A DNA stretch of 59,467 bases, the filler included, from Jimgerdemannia flammicorona (lineage: Eukaryota): assembly GCA_003990765.1 (NCBI GenBank). It is 2 parts of 2 records of this genome, joined end to end, with 100 filler letters (N's around TTAATTAATTAA, not from the genome) between each part and the next. Parts side by side here need not be neighbours in the genome. Positions count along the whole stretch, not along the records: positions 29,793 to 59,467 come from RBNJ01000477.1; 1 more part is not named here. One strand, 5' to 3'. The position numbers were made by a program, and so were the translations under genes. This document shows, piece after piece, positions 40,901 through 51,576 of the stretch. Position 1 is the first letter of the stretch. Every line of letters starts with the position of its first letter. Below the pieces are notes generated by a model. That model was given only the letters and a program-made list of their open reading frames with translations, searched no databases and was not told the DNA's origin.

Positions 40901-42481
40901 GCTATGGCAGTTTGGCACAGCAGAGGCTGAAGTCACACTCACCACCTTTGCCTTTTCCACAGCCCCTACAGGTGCAGCAGTAGAGAGTAGAGGGATGGGG
41001 ATACTCTTTTTCAGTCAGGCGGAACTGGTAGCAGCAGAAGCAAACATATGTTTAATATCTGGAGTAATAATCTCAGGATGATTCCCAAGCTCCTCAACTA
41101 TGGCTTTGTGGGTGGCAGCAGAAATTCCATCTTGCAGGAAGGAGGACACAGAGACAGTCAGGCAGACAGTAGTGGTGGCAGCTTTAGCAGCGGTAGCAGT
41201 GGCAAGACAGTGAGATTGATGCATAATAACATCAAAACCTCAGAGGAGGAACAAGGTAGTTCTTGCTCATTTAGAGGTGGAAATAGTGTAAACATTCTTA
41301 TACAGTCCCTGAGTGGTATCTTTAGGAATCCCAAAGAATGTGAGAGATTCAGATGACACACTCATGGCTTTGTCAATTTTAGCATACTGGTCCTTAGTGT
41401 ACTGGACAGCAGTGATGTTTGTAGTCATGGCAGCCTCAACTGCGGCCATGATATGGTACTTGGCTTCTGCCAAAGCAGTTTCAAGGGTGGCACCACACTG
41501 CTCCTCAGGAAGGAGAGTGATCAAAGCAGCTACTTTCTTGGAAGGAGTAAACTTCCAATTGGCAACTTGGGCCTGTAGAAAGTCAGCATAGTATTCCTTC
41601 ATAGCAATAACTTCAAGGGTGGAAAGTACTCCAGTACAAGCAGCACAGAAGAGAACGGGGATCTTGGCAGATGTGGTGGCAATATAAGTAGCCAGGTTAT
41701 CAAACTCTGCCAAATTGGCAAAGACAGCAGAGGGGACAGCAGCATTGCCATCTACATTCATATTGTCTATCATATTGTGTATTATAAAATGAGTAGAGAA
41801 TAGAGGAATTGTTTAGAGTGAGATATAATACTGTTACAGTGGATATGAAAATTGGTGGTAAAAGATCAAGCAGTAGAAAATAATAAGCTTATATAAATTT
41901 TCATGATAGAACAAAGAAGTAGAATAAAGTGTTTTCTGAAGCAAGGTGCAATAGATCTACAACCTGCTCTTGGTACTACAGTATGTGGTGGTCTTTATTC
42001 AAAATTGAGAACAAAGTTCAGGTAAACAAAGACATAGATCTAACCCTGGAATTCCAGAATCAGAATGGTATATAAGTATCCAAGCCTTGCCCCGATCCAA
42101 ACAATAGTCTGAATCAGGCTTCATCGATCTACATACATAATGGGCCATTAAAAACCCAATATAGAAATGATCAGGAAAAGGTACCAGTCATATGATCTAA
42201 TGTTATACATATATAAAACAAATGCTAAAAATGAAACTAAACCAATAACTGTCATGTATCATCATGTGATTGTCACTATAGATTTAAACTCCTAAAAATT
42301 GTCAGTACCTAAAGGTGCAGGCATTAGGCCTAGAGCCTTATGATTGGAGCAGAGTAGAGCCTCGGCACTAGAGCAAGCAAAGTGAGCAAAGGTAGACAGG
42401 TATCACAGAGTGTAGATATACAGACATCAGGCCTAGAGCCTTATACCAGAGGTTGTCTGGCAATTTTTCACATTTTTAAAC
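37910..42481 (-). mobile_element. Penelope-like retroelement without GIY-YIG endonuclease, left arm (pLTR + ORF1 + RT)
   Basis: ORF1 from ATG 41773; RT frame to stop at 38641 with LNFGPKF, NKNLG, TGDFATFYTRI, GIAMDTNCALDL, YIDD (39277-39288), YLDLEI, SNHP..KGY; 41784-42481 directly repeats 37912-38610. Confidence 0.88.
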
Positions 42482-45400
42482 CTATAAGTGACAATCACAT
42501 GACAACATGTGATAGTCATTGGTCTAGTTCTATTTTTAGCATTTGTTTTATATATATGTAATATTAGATCATATGACCAGTACCTTTTCCCAATTATTTC
42601 TATATTAGGTTTTTAATAGCTCATCATATGTGTAGATCAATGAAGCCCAATTCAGACTATTGTTTGGACTAGAGCAAGGCTCAGGTACTTATGCACCATT
42701 CTGATTTCAGAATTCCAGGGTTAGATCTGTATCTTTGTTTATCTGAACTTTGTTCTTAATTTTGAATAAAGACTGCTATGCACTGTAGTGCCAAGGGCAG
42801 GTTGCAGATCTATTGCACCTTGCTTTGGAAAACACTTTATTCAACTTCTTTGTTCCATTGTGAAAATTTACATAAGCTTATCATTTTCTACTACTTGATC
42901 TTTTATCACCAATCTTCATATCCACTATAATAGTATCACATCTCACTCTAAACAATTCCTCTATTCTTTACTCATTTTATAATACACAACATGACAGACA
43001 ATATGAATGTAGATGGCGATACTGCTGTCCCTCCTACTGCCTTCACCAATTTGGCAGAGTTTGACAACCTGGCTGTCTATATTGCCACCATGTCTACTGA
43101 GGTCCCCATTCTCTTCTGTGCTGCTTGTACTAGAGTACTTTCCACCCTTGAAGTTATTGCTGCAAAGGAACACTGTGCTGACTTTCTGCAGACCCAAGTT
43201 GCCGATTAGAAGTTTACTCCTTCTAAGAAAGTAGCTGCTTCGATTGCCCTCCTTCCTGAGGAGCAGCATGGTGCTGCCCTTGAAACTGCTTTAGCAGAAG
43301 CCAAGTACCATGCCATGGCCACAGTCAAGGCTGCCATGACTACAAATGTTACCACTGCTTAGCACACTAAGGACCAGAATGCTAAAATCGACAAAGCCAT
43401 GAGTATACATATCATCTGAATCTCTCACATTCTTTAGAATTCCTGAAGATGCCACTCAGGGACTATGTAAGAATGTTTACACTGTTTCCACCTCCAAATG
43501 AGCAAGAACTACCTTGTTCCTCCTCTGAGGTTTTGACATTATCATGCATCAATCTTGCCATCTTGCTGCTGCTGCCACTGCTAAAGCCACCACTGCTGCT
43601 GTCTGCCCGACTATCCTCACATCCTCCTCTCTACAAGATGGGATTTCTGCCACTGCCCACAAAGCCATGGTTGAGGAGCTTGGGAATTACCCTGAGATCA
43701 TTACTCCAAGTGTTAAACATATATTTGCTTCTGCTGCTGCCAGTTCTGCCTGACCAAAAAAGAGTGTCCCCACCCCCCTACCCTCTACCACTATGCCTGC
43801 AGGGGCTGTGAGAAAGGTGAAGGTGGTGAGTACAACTTTGGCCTCTGCCATGCCAAACTGCCATAGCTGTTCTGGATGCCTTGGTGTGCCTATGAAGGCC
43901 CACCGAGGTCCTTGCCCCCTAGCCCCTGCTGAGACAGTGGGTTCTGTAAAAGAGATCAAGCAAGCACATAAGGCTTCATCTTCCCCATCCATTTCTTCTG
44001 CTTCTACTGAGACCAGCTGCTCATCAACTTTGAGCTGCTCATCTAAGAGTGCTACCAGAGCATTTGTGCTGTAGTGCAATAAGTGTACTGCTACCAAACA
44101 TCATATCATCTGGCATAATGCTGGCAATGTCTGTCCTCTAGTATCAAAAAACTAGAGGTCCCCAGCCCAGAAGTCTTATATGACTTCCTGGCAGTATGGT
44201 TTGGCCCTGATGTCTCCATTCTATATAGAGTAGTGGTCTTGACACCAATTGAGGATTTTGCCTTCATGTCTTCTCTTCCTAGTTCTCACTTAAGTTAGTT
44301 TTTCATTCCTTGGTTTCAGATATTTATTGAGGAGGGCTTTGTTATTGATATACCTCCACCTTGGCTTACTCCCAAGCTCACATATATGCTGAACTTTGGC
44401 CCTAAGTTTGTTCTCCCTAGATTGGTATCAATGAATAGTACCATTGACCTGATTTCATTGTCATCATTCCAACAGCATCTTGACCTTGCTATCTTCTGGA
44501 CCTCTATAGATAATCCTGACGACATCCCAGAGATCTCTGCCTAGATACTATCTAAATGACAACCACTGCATTATATGGAAAATATGCAAATTATGCTCCA
44601 TATGAGTGCTGCTTTAAATCAAGCTGTCTGACCCATGACAAATGTGTCTGGCATACTTATACCAAAGAAGTTCTGTCACCTTCTCAAAGATGTCTGCACT
44701 CATGCTGACTTTACAGTCTGTCTTATTAATAAAAATCTGAGGTTTGCCATAATTCTGCGCACTCTGTATCTAGATAGTCTTCAGTCCCTCCTTCACAATT
44801 CTGTATACGTAAATGATTTCTCTATGATTGATAACATTAAGGAATCAGTGAGGCTAGACCTGCTTGGTCTACTTAAGTTCTACATTAGTGACTGAAGTTA
44901 TATGCCAATTTGAGAATACCTCATAGAGCTTAATGATTGTAAACTACTCATGTTTCATACTCTGCTCAAGGTATATAAAGGGGCATGTATAGTATGGCAC
45001 CCTATCATTGGTGCTTTTAACTCTCCCATGACTAATATTTTGTATTTCCTATCTTACTTTCTCCACCTATAGTCAGCCCATCTGTACCATAATGTGGGTT
45101 ACTCATGTTACTCACCTCTACATAATATGTTAGAACTGTTACAATTGATTCAATCAGATTATCTAGATGTGTCAGATTGCAACTATATCACTACTGGGGA
45201 TTTTGCTATCTTCTATACTAGGATTACATTAGATGAGTATATTGACTGCCTCACTTTTTTGTCGATGGTAGTCTTTCTCTCTGGCTCTTTGTCACTTGAA
45301 GCCATTCTTGGCCTTGTCTGCATAGTCATGACTCATATGACATTTACATCTGCTATCAGTTCCTTCCACTCCATAACTAGTATAGCTATGGGCACTAACT

Positions 45401-46886
45401 GTACTCCAGATCTTGCCAATCTTGTTGGCTTTACTCATAAATTGCATACCTTGCAAGCACCCAATCATCTGCTCAGCTGAGCTGTTGCTACTGAGCTAAA
45501 GTTCTGCTGGTATATTGATGATCTTATTGTCTTTATACCTGTGATTATGGACTTGGCCTTGATTTTTGGTGCCATGTACTCTTTGCATCATTGTATCGAA
45601 TAGAAAGTCTTGTCTGCCAGACCATGCCATTATTTGGACCTGGAAATCTGAGTTATACTGTTCTGCACAGGCCATTTTGCCAAATTCCCACATAGTACTC
45701 AGTTTGTTGACTGGTTGAGCAATCATCCTAGGAAGATGCTTTGTCTATATATTATGATGAGGCCTGCTGTCTTTTGCTACTCTGCTCATCTTGCCATGAT
45801 TGGCTTGATGAGTGTTGGTCTTTGGCTGAGTTCCTGGTTCACAGAAAAGGATACTCTATTGATGTTGTAATTACTCAATTGAGTTTGGTTGATTGGCTTG
45901 AGGTCTGAACTTTACTTCTCATCCCTTCTCTTGTTTCCCACCCCCCTATCCCCCACTCTGCTTTTCCTCCCCCATTACTTATTGTCCAATATGACATAGC
46001 CTGATGGCTACATCAACAGCCTGACAAGACTCTATGTACCACTTTGCTCCATTTTGGTTTTTCTGTGACTGCCTGACAACCAATCATCACCCAGAAGAAT
46101 GGTTTTATTATTCTCAAATACTAGTTTTGCTCTAAGTCCTCCTTGAAGGCTGCACTGCCTGTATGTGCCGTACAATGTTTAAAAACATGAAAAATCACTG
46201 AACAATCTCCAGCGCAAGGCTCTAGGCCTGATGCCTGCATACCTATACTCTATGATATCTGTCTACCTCCACTCGCTTCACTTGCTTCAGTGCTGAGACT
46301 CTACTTTGCTCCAGTTGTAAGGCTCTAGGCCTGATGCCTGTGCCTTTAGGTGTTAATGATTTTTAGGTTTTTAAACCTATAAGTGACAATCATGTGACAA
46401 TACATGACAGTCATTGGTCTAGTTCTGTTTTTAGCATTTGTTTTATATATGTATAATATTAGATCATGTGACCGGTATCTTTTCCTGATCATTTCTATAT
46501 CAGGTTTTTAATGGCCTGTCATGTGTGTAGATTGATGAAGCCCAATTCAGACTATTGTTTGGATCAGAGCAAGGCTCAGATACTTATGTACTATTCCAAT
46601 TCTAAAATTCCAGGGTTAGATCTGTGTCTTTGTTTACCTGAACTTTGTTCTCAATTTTGAATAAAGACTGCCACATACTGTGGTACTGAGGGTGGGTTGC
46701 AGATCTATTGCACCTTACTTTGGAAAACACTTTATTCTGCTTCTTTATTCTATTGTGAAAATTCACATAAGCTTATCATTTTCTACTGCTTGACCTTTTA
46801 CCACTGATCTTCATATCTGCTGTAATAGTATCACATCTCACTCTAAACAATTCCTCTATTCTCTACTCGTTTTATAAAAAAAAAAA
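42473..46886 (+). mobile_element. Penelope-like retroelement without GIY-YIG endonuclease, right arm (pLTR + ORF1 + RT + short poly-A)
   Basis: pLTR 42473-42980 repeated at 46368-46875; ORF1 42991-44155; RT frame ~44146-46146 with IAMGTNCTPDLANL, YIDD (45511-45522) and thumb SNHP motif; A11 at 46876-46886. Confidence 0.88.
44146..44208 (+). promoter_or_regulatory. Candidate -1 programmed ribosomal frameshift signal (A_AAA_AAC + stop + stem-loop); mirror copy at ~40591-40653 on the minus strand
   Basis: ORF1 ends TCA AAA AAC TAG; the -1 frame continues KLEVPS.EVLYDF.. into LNFGPKF; hairpin gaagtc/gacttc at 44170-44187. Confidence 0.7.
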
Positions 46887-46906
46887 GCCAATTTTTTTCA
46901 TTCCAG

Positions 46907-47507
46907 CTCCAACCCGACTCGCTGCACCAATATTGTCCCCGCCTCCCAGCTCGACACCGACATCGCCAACAATGCTGTACCACAGTTTGTTTTCTATATG
47001 CCCAACATGAACAACAATGGTAAGTGAACACGTTATCCCCTCCTTGCCCCCTCCAATCCCCCACAATACTCACCCATCCATCCCATCGCATCCACATATA
47101 TCCAGGTCATAACACAAACATCGACACGGCCTCAGAGTGGCTCAAGAAATTCTTGGAGCCGAAACTAAAGCAGCCTGCTTTCTTTGACAACACTCTTATC
47201 CTCGTCACGTTCGACGAACAGGAGGACTACATTTCACTACATAATCACATATTTGCCATGCTCATTGGCGGAGCCATGAAAAGAACGATTAGGGAGGATT
47301 CGACGGTGTATAACCATTACAGTGTGTTGGCAATGGTTGAGAGGAATTTGGTACGTGTGGTTTTTCAACGGTTTTGAGCAGGTGATAGTGGATCGATTTA
47401 TAGTGCTTCAATTAACGACGATTTTCTAATAATTCTACACACAGAGCCTGGGTAACCTCGGCGAGAAAGATGTCGATGCCACTCCCTTCGCCACAACGAA
47501 TAATTGA
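46907..47507 (+). pseudogene. 3' half of a phosphoesterase-family (fungal acid phosphatase-like) gene
   Basis: Exons 46907-47019, 47106-47350 and 47445-47507 with GT-AG introns give SNPTRCTNIVPASQLDTDIANNAVPQFVFYMPNMNNNGHNT..WLKKFLEP..NTLILVTFDE..YNHYSVL..LGNLGEKD; 5' exons not found. Confidence 0.8.
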
Positions 47508-49171
47508 GTTGTGAAATTGATTTCCAAATACGAGTATTTAATGGGGAGGGAACCTGATTATTTCTGAACGAATGAACATTTTGAGTTTAGAAAAATTTAT
47601 ACAAGACTAAATAAAATAAACGGAAAACATACAGAAGAGTCCGAAATTTAGATTTCAGAAATCACTAACATGACGACTAAAAACAAAAAACGAAGTGAGA
47701 CAATAATGAGAAGGATAGCGCGAAATCTTTGATTGGACATTCTCTGAAAACAACACCCATGTTCCCGCCATCCAGTTAGGTAGGTTTTTTTTTTTTTTTA
47801 GCACATTGTCAATTGTTGTTTTGAGTGTATTGTGCGTTTTGAGCACATTGTCATTTTGGATTCACAGCATGAAATCCATAGCCACCTGAATAAAAGGCTT
47901 ACTGAATAATGCCATCTGTGCATGTTGCTCATACCCTATTTATTTTAAAGATAATGGCGTTACCGGCGGATTTCGGACATTAGGGGATGAGACGTTTTTT
48001 TCACTCGTATATACTCAAAGTAGAAAAATTTAGAACTTCAAATTTCAGTGACGTCATCTTTTCGAAATTATCCTAATTGCGAAATCGACGGACAGCTAAC
48101 TGTCGCAGTTGCAGAAACATAGGAAACGGAGGAAGTCACTAACAAACCACGACCTCCATATAATATCCTAGATCAGCAAAGGAAAGATATGAGCCAACAT
48201 TTGACGTTCGTCTATTTCGAACATCACAAGCTAACGTCTCGCCATGTGAGATTGCTAAATCCATCACATCTGTAAGGCGACACCTGATGACGGCTTGATA
48301 ACCGTGGAAAGTTGGTAAAATGGCTTATAAATACAGTCAAAAAACAAAAATAAATTCTATCCTACCGCGGGCGCCCCGTTTCTTGGGTGTCTTCTCCCAT
48401 GCGGGTTGCGAATGGTGATTCTGCGGAAAAAATTGCATTCATTTGATTATCGACCTGGTTAACAATCGTCGATTTTTGAGAACCGTATATACCTGCCAAA
48501 GGCCCATCGCCCCGTCGCTTGGTTGTGGGACTCGCACACATGAATCACACCGCCCCCGTTTTCTCTTTTCTTCTCTCACTCCCTCCCCCTTACTCTACCA
48601 TTTTCATAGACACTTCTCTAGATTCTTAGAGCCTCTACACATTCATAGAGAGGTTTTTTTTTGTTCTCTACTGGATGGATTCGGTGAGGAGCAACAGACG
48701 GGGATAATTATGAATGGGTTGAAACTTCGTGGCGTGGTTGTTATTTCCATTTTGTGGAGAATTCCGATATATAGTCAACCAATGGTTTTAGATACAGCCT
48801 TGCTCAAGTCACGTTTCCTACCACGACGTGTAATTTATTTGACCAAACTTCATTCGTCTCCTTCAAAAGGTTTTGTCGGCGTTGTTCTTTTCCCACGATG
48901 TAATAAAAAATGTATCTCGAATGGGCCTGTTAGATCCTTGGTCCTGATCAGGACGAGTTGGAAACAAAGCGTTTTTGCACTATCCAACCTGAGGGTGGGG
49001 GCGATAACTATGGGGAAGGGCTATGACGTGAGTGTGTGAGGCAGTGTAGCTACGTCATTCCCCTTGTTAACAAAACCTCGCTTACAAGAACCAACGAAGC
49101 TTCTCACTTCCCTTTAAAAAACACATCATACATTACCAATCGAATACACTCACTGCGCAAACAAACAGTTC

Positions 49172-51200
49172 ATGTTGAAGCTACCCATCGAAAACCGCCA
49201 CAAGCACGTCGGCGCGTAAGTCTTCAAGTGATCTCACTATTCCCCTTCGACTCATTCCACATCACACCTTTCTCCTTTCGACCATTGTTTACTTTCGCTA
49301 ACCATCTGCGTCACTTGGTGCACTTCACCTCTCTTCATACTCTCAAAGCAAACTCACGGTCGCCATTGCTCGCCTTGCTAACTCATTGTCCGTATACTAC
49401 TAGATCTAGAGATTGCACCACCGTGCACGCCAACCGCGACCCTGGCGTCAACAACTTCACTCAGCCTGAGGTGGTCGCCGAGCATCCACCAGTGGTTCAT
49501 GGTCCTCAATTTTTGAAGTTCGAGGCGACTAACAAGACCATAAAAGAATCTGCCAAATACTCCAAGTATATGAACTATATTACACTTCGTGTTGCCGCCA
49601 AAGCTCGACCTCTTGTGTATGTAATATGTCTATATGTTCAGAAGTCCCTTTCACTTACCTATTTCATATTTTTATTTTCGTTCGTTCTCTTCCAAAGTCA
49701 ACCTGGTGGATATCTTTGAAATGAAGAAAGACGTCATGCGCGAGCGCGAAATGAAGAAATTGGCGGGACAGGTATGTTAACGTGATTGACCAAGACAGGG
49801 TTGGATTCGGACGTTTTGGGGACGGTAGAAGGAAGGGGGACAGTGTGTCAGGGTGAAAAAAACAAAACGGGCGGCGTAGGGTGGAAGCGAGGCGTTAACT
49901 GAACCGGACACGAACCATTTTATTATCACCATACTGGGCACCGTCATAAAGACAATTATCTCCTCCGATTGGCTCGCGAGTTATCAGTCTCGCATGAACG
50001 TCGAGTTACGCAAAAAGAGCTGGAGGGAAGTCAGAAAGGCCAGAAAAACCACTTTAATGCATCAGATCAGCAAACACCGCTTCACGGGCACGCAGGCCAA
50101 GTCGACCAAAAACACGACCGACCCCAATCACCCGCTCGCGTATCCGGCCTTGGCCCCAGCTTCGACTTTCCATAGCCCGCTTCCCAGCCTCGATCCCTCG
50201 CCTTTCAGGCGGAGCTTCAAGAACCTGGAGGCTGACGAGAAGGACTATATACGTCCGCCGACCCCACCAAATTCTCCCACTTTCGCTCCGTCAGTGCAAA
50301 AGCTGCCGAATCCAGATTCAAGCCCATAGTTGGCCATCGCACACTAACGACAAGAAGTTTGCGGCCGTCCAACCCGCACACCTCGGCAGTGTCCCGCACG
50401 AGATCGACCCTCCCGCAAACAACATCCCAATCCGCAATTCCTTCCTCCCAATACCCGTCCTCCACAGCGATCTGTACAATGGGAAGAAGACTCCCGTAGC
50501 TGATCTCTTGCCCACTGGCGTTGACCATCGCCATGCAGCGCTCTAAACCGAGTCGCGGTCATCACAGTTGTCGAGGAGGTACATAATGATCGTGGGAAGA
50601 GCAGCAGCCGCAGCAGGACGTCCTTTTCAATGGTGCTTTTCTTGAACATAACGACCTCAGCTTTCGGCTTCGGTACGAACAACTACTTTCACAGCAATCT
50701 CAGCAACAGCCTGCGCAGCAGGATAATTCTCAGCAGTAACAGGAATTTGACCGTATCGGCCTCTCCGGGATCAGCTGCGATTCCCAGTTCCAATACCAGC
50801 CATTTGAACTGATCGGGCTATCTAATTCATTCCAACAACAGCAGGCGCAACAACTCGAGGAGCATCAATGGGTACAAAAACAGCAACAACAGCAGGCGCA
50901 ACAACAGCAGCGCAACAACAGCAGGCGCAACAACAGCAGGCGCAACAACAGCAAGCGCAACAACAACAGGCGCAACAACAGTGCGCGAAACAACAGCAGG
51001 TGCAACAACAGCAGACACAACAACAGTGGACCCAGCAACAGTACGCTCAACAACAGCAGCAGCAACAGTACACCTAACAACAGCGGCAACAGTAACAGTA
51101 CGCCCAACAGCAGCATCAGCAACAGTACGTCCAACAACAACAGCAGCAGCTACCAGTCATTGCATCACGACGGCGCAGCCGCCTTCGCCCCATTAACTTT
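49172..51200 (+). pseudogene. Spliced hypothetical gene relic with Pro/Ser-rich and Gln-rich C-terminal region
   Basis: ATG 49172, donor GTAAGT 49216, acceptor 49403 in compatible phase, exon 49698-49771 with GTATGT donor; downstream frames broken by stops and shifts. Confidence 0.4.
50884..51150. repeat. Imperfect 15-18 bp tandem repeat (caacaacagcaggcg), poly-Gln-like
   Basis: Reads QQQQA repeats in one frame and TTAGA in another. Confidence 0.9.
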
Positions 51201-51462
51201 CAACAAGCACTGCGCAGGAAGCAGAAAACGAAGCAGAGGGCGCAACGAGAGCCAGAGCCCGCTGGCGTTCATCGATGGCGAATGGCCGCCAAGGCGTTAC
51301 CACATCCCGGCAGTATTTGGGCGCGTCCGCCGCGCAGGCCTGATACGCGGGGTCGCTGAGCGGTTCAAGGGGAGAGGAACATGAAAATGTGGATGATGGC
51401 AATAGTTAGACAAGAGGAACTGATTTGTGCTTTTTCTACTTCGAGGCAATGCGATCGAATCC

Positions 51463-51576
51463 GATTTGTTTGTTACTTTATCGGAACGGCTTTTACAATT
51501 AGAAAAAGAAATGAAACGTGTTTTGGAAGCATTAAAAATGGCTCGGTTGGACGGCGATCTTTCGGAAAATGCTGAT
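51463..51576 (+). pseudogene. greA: Fragment resembling the N-terminal coiled coil of bacterial transcription elongation factor GreA
   Basis: ..RLLQLEKEMKRVLEALKMARLDGDLSENAD contains the Gre signature AR..GDLSEN; similarity stops abruptly after D. Confidence 0.65.

Noticed and set aside
42635..42690. Hammerhead ribozyme or SECIS in the PLE pLTR
   Set aside because: Reads tcgatga..gcgagg rather than CUGANGA..GAAA, lacks the apical AA of a SECIS, and the in-frame TGAs are explained by CGA decay; kept only as an unassigned hairpin
48443..49039. 198-aa ORF and other ORFs in 51650-53634
   Set aside because: Non-ATG starts, no recognisable motifs, and overlap with promoter-like or microsatellite sequence
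50884..51150. CRISPR-like array
   Set aside because: No unique spacers; simple coding-type CAA/CAG tandem repeat in a eukaryotic context
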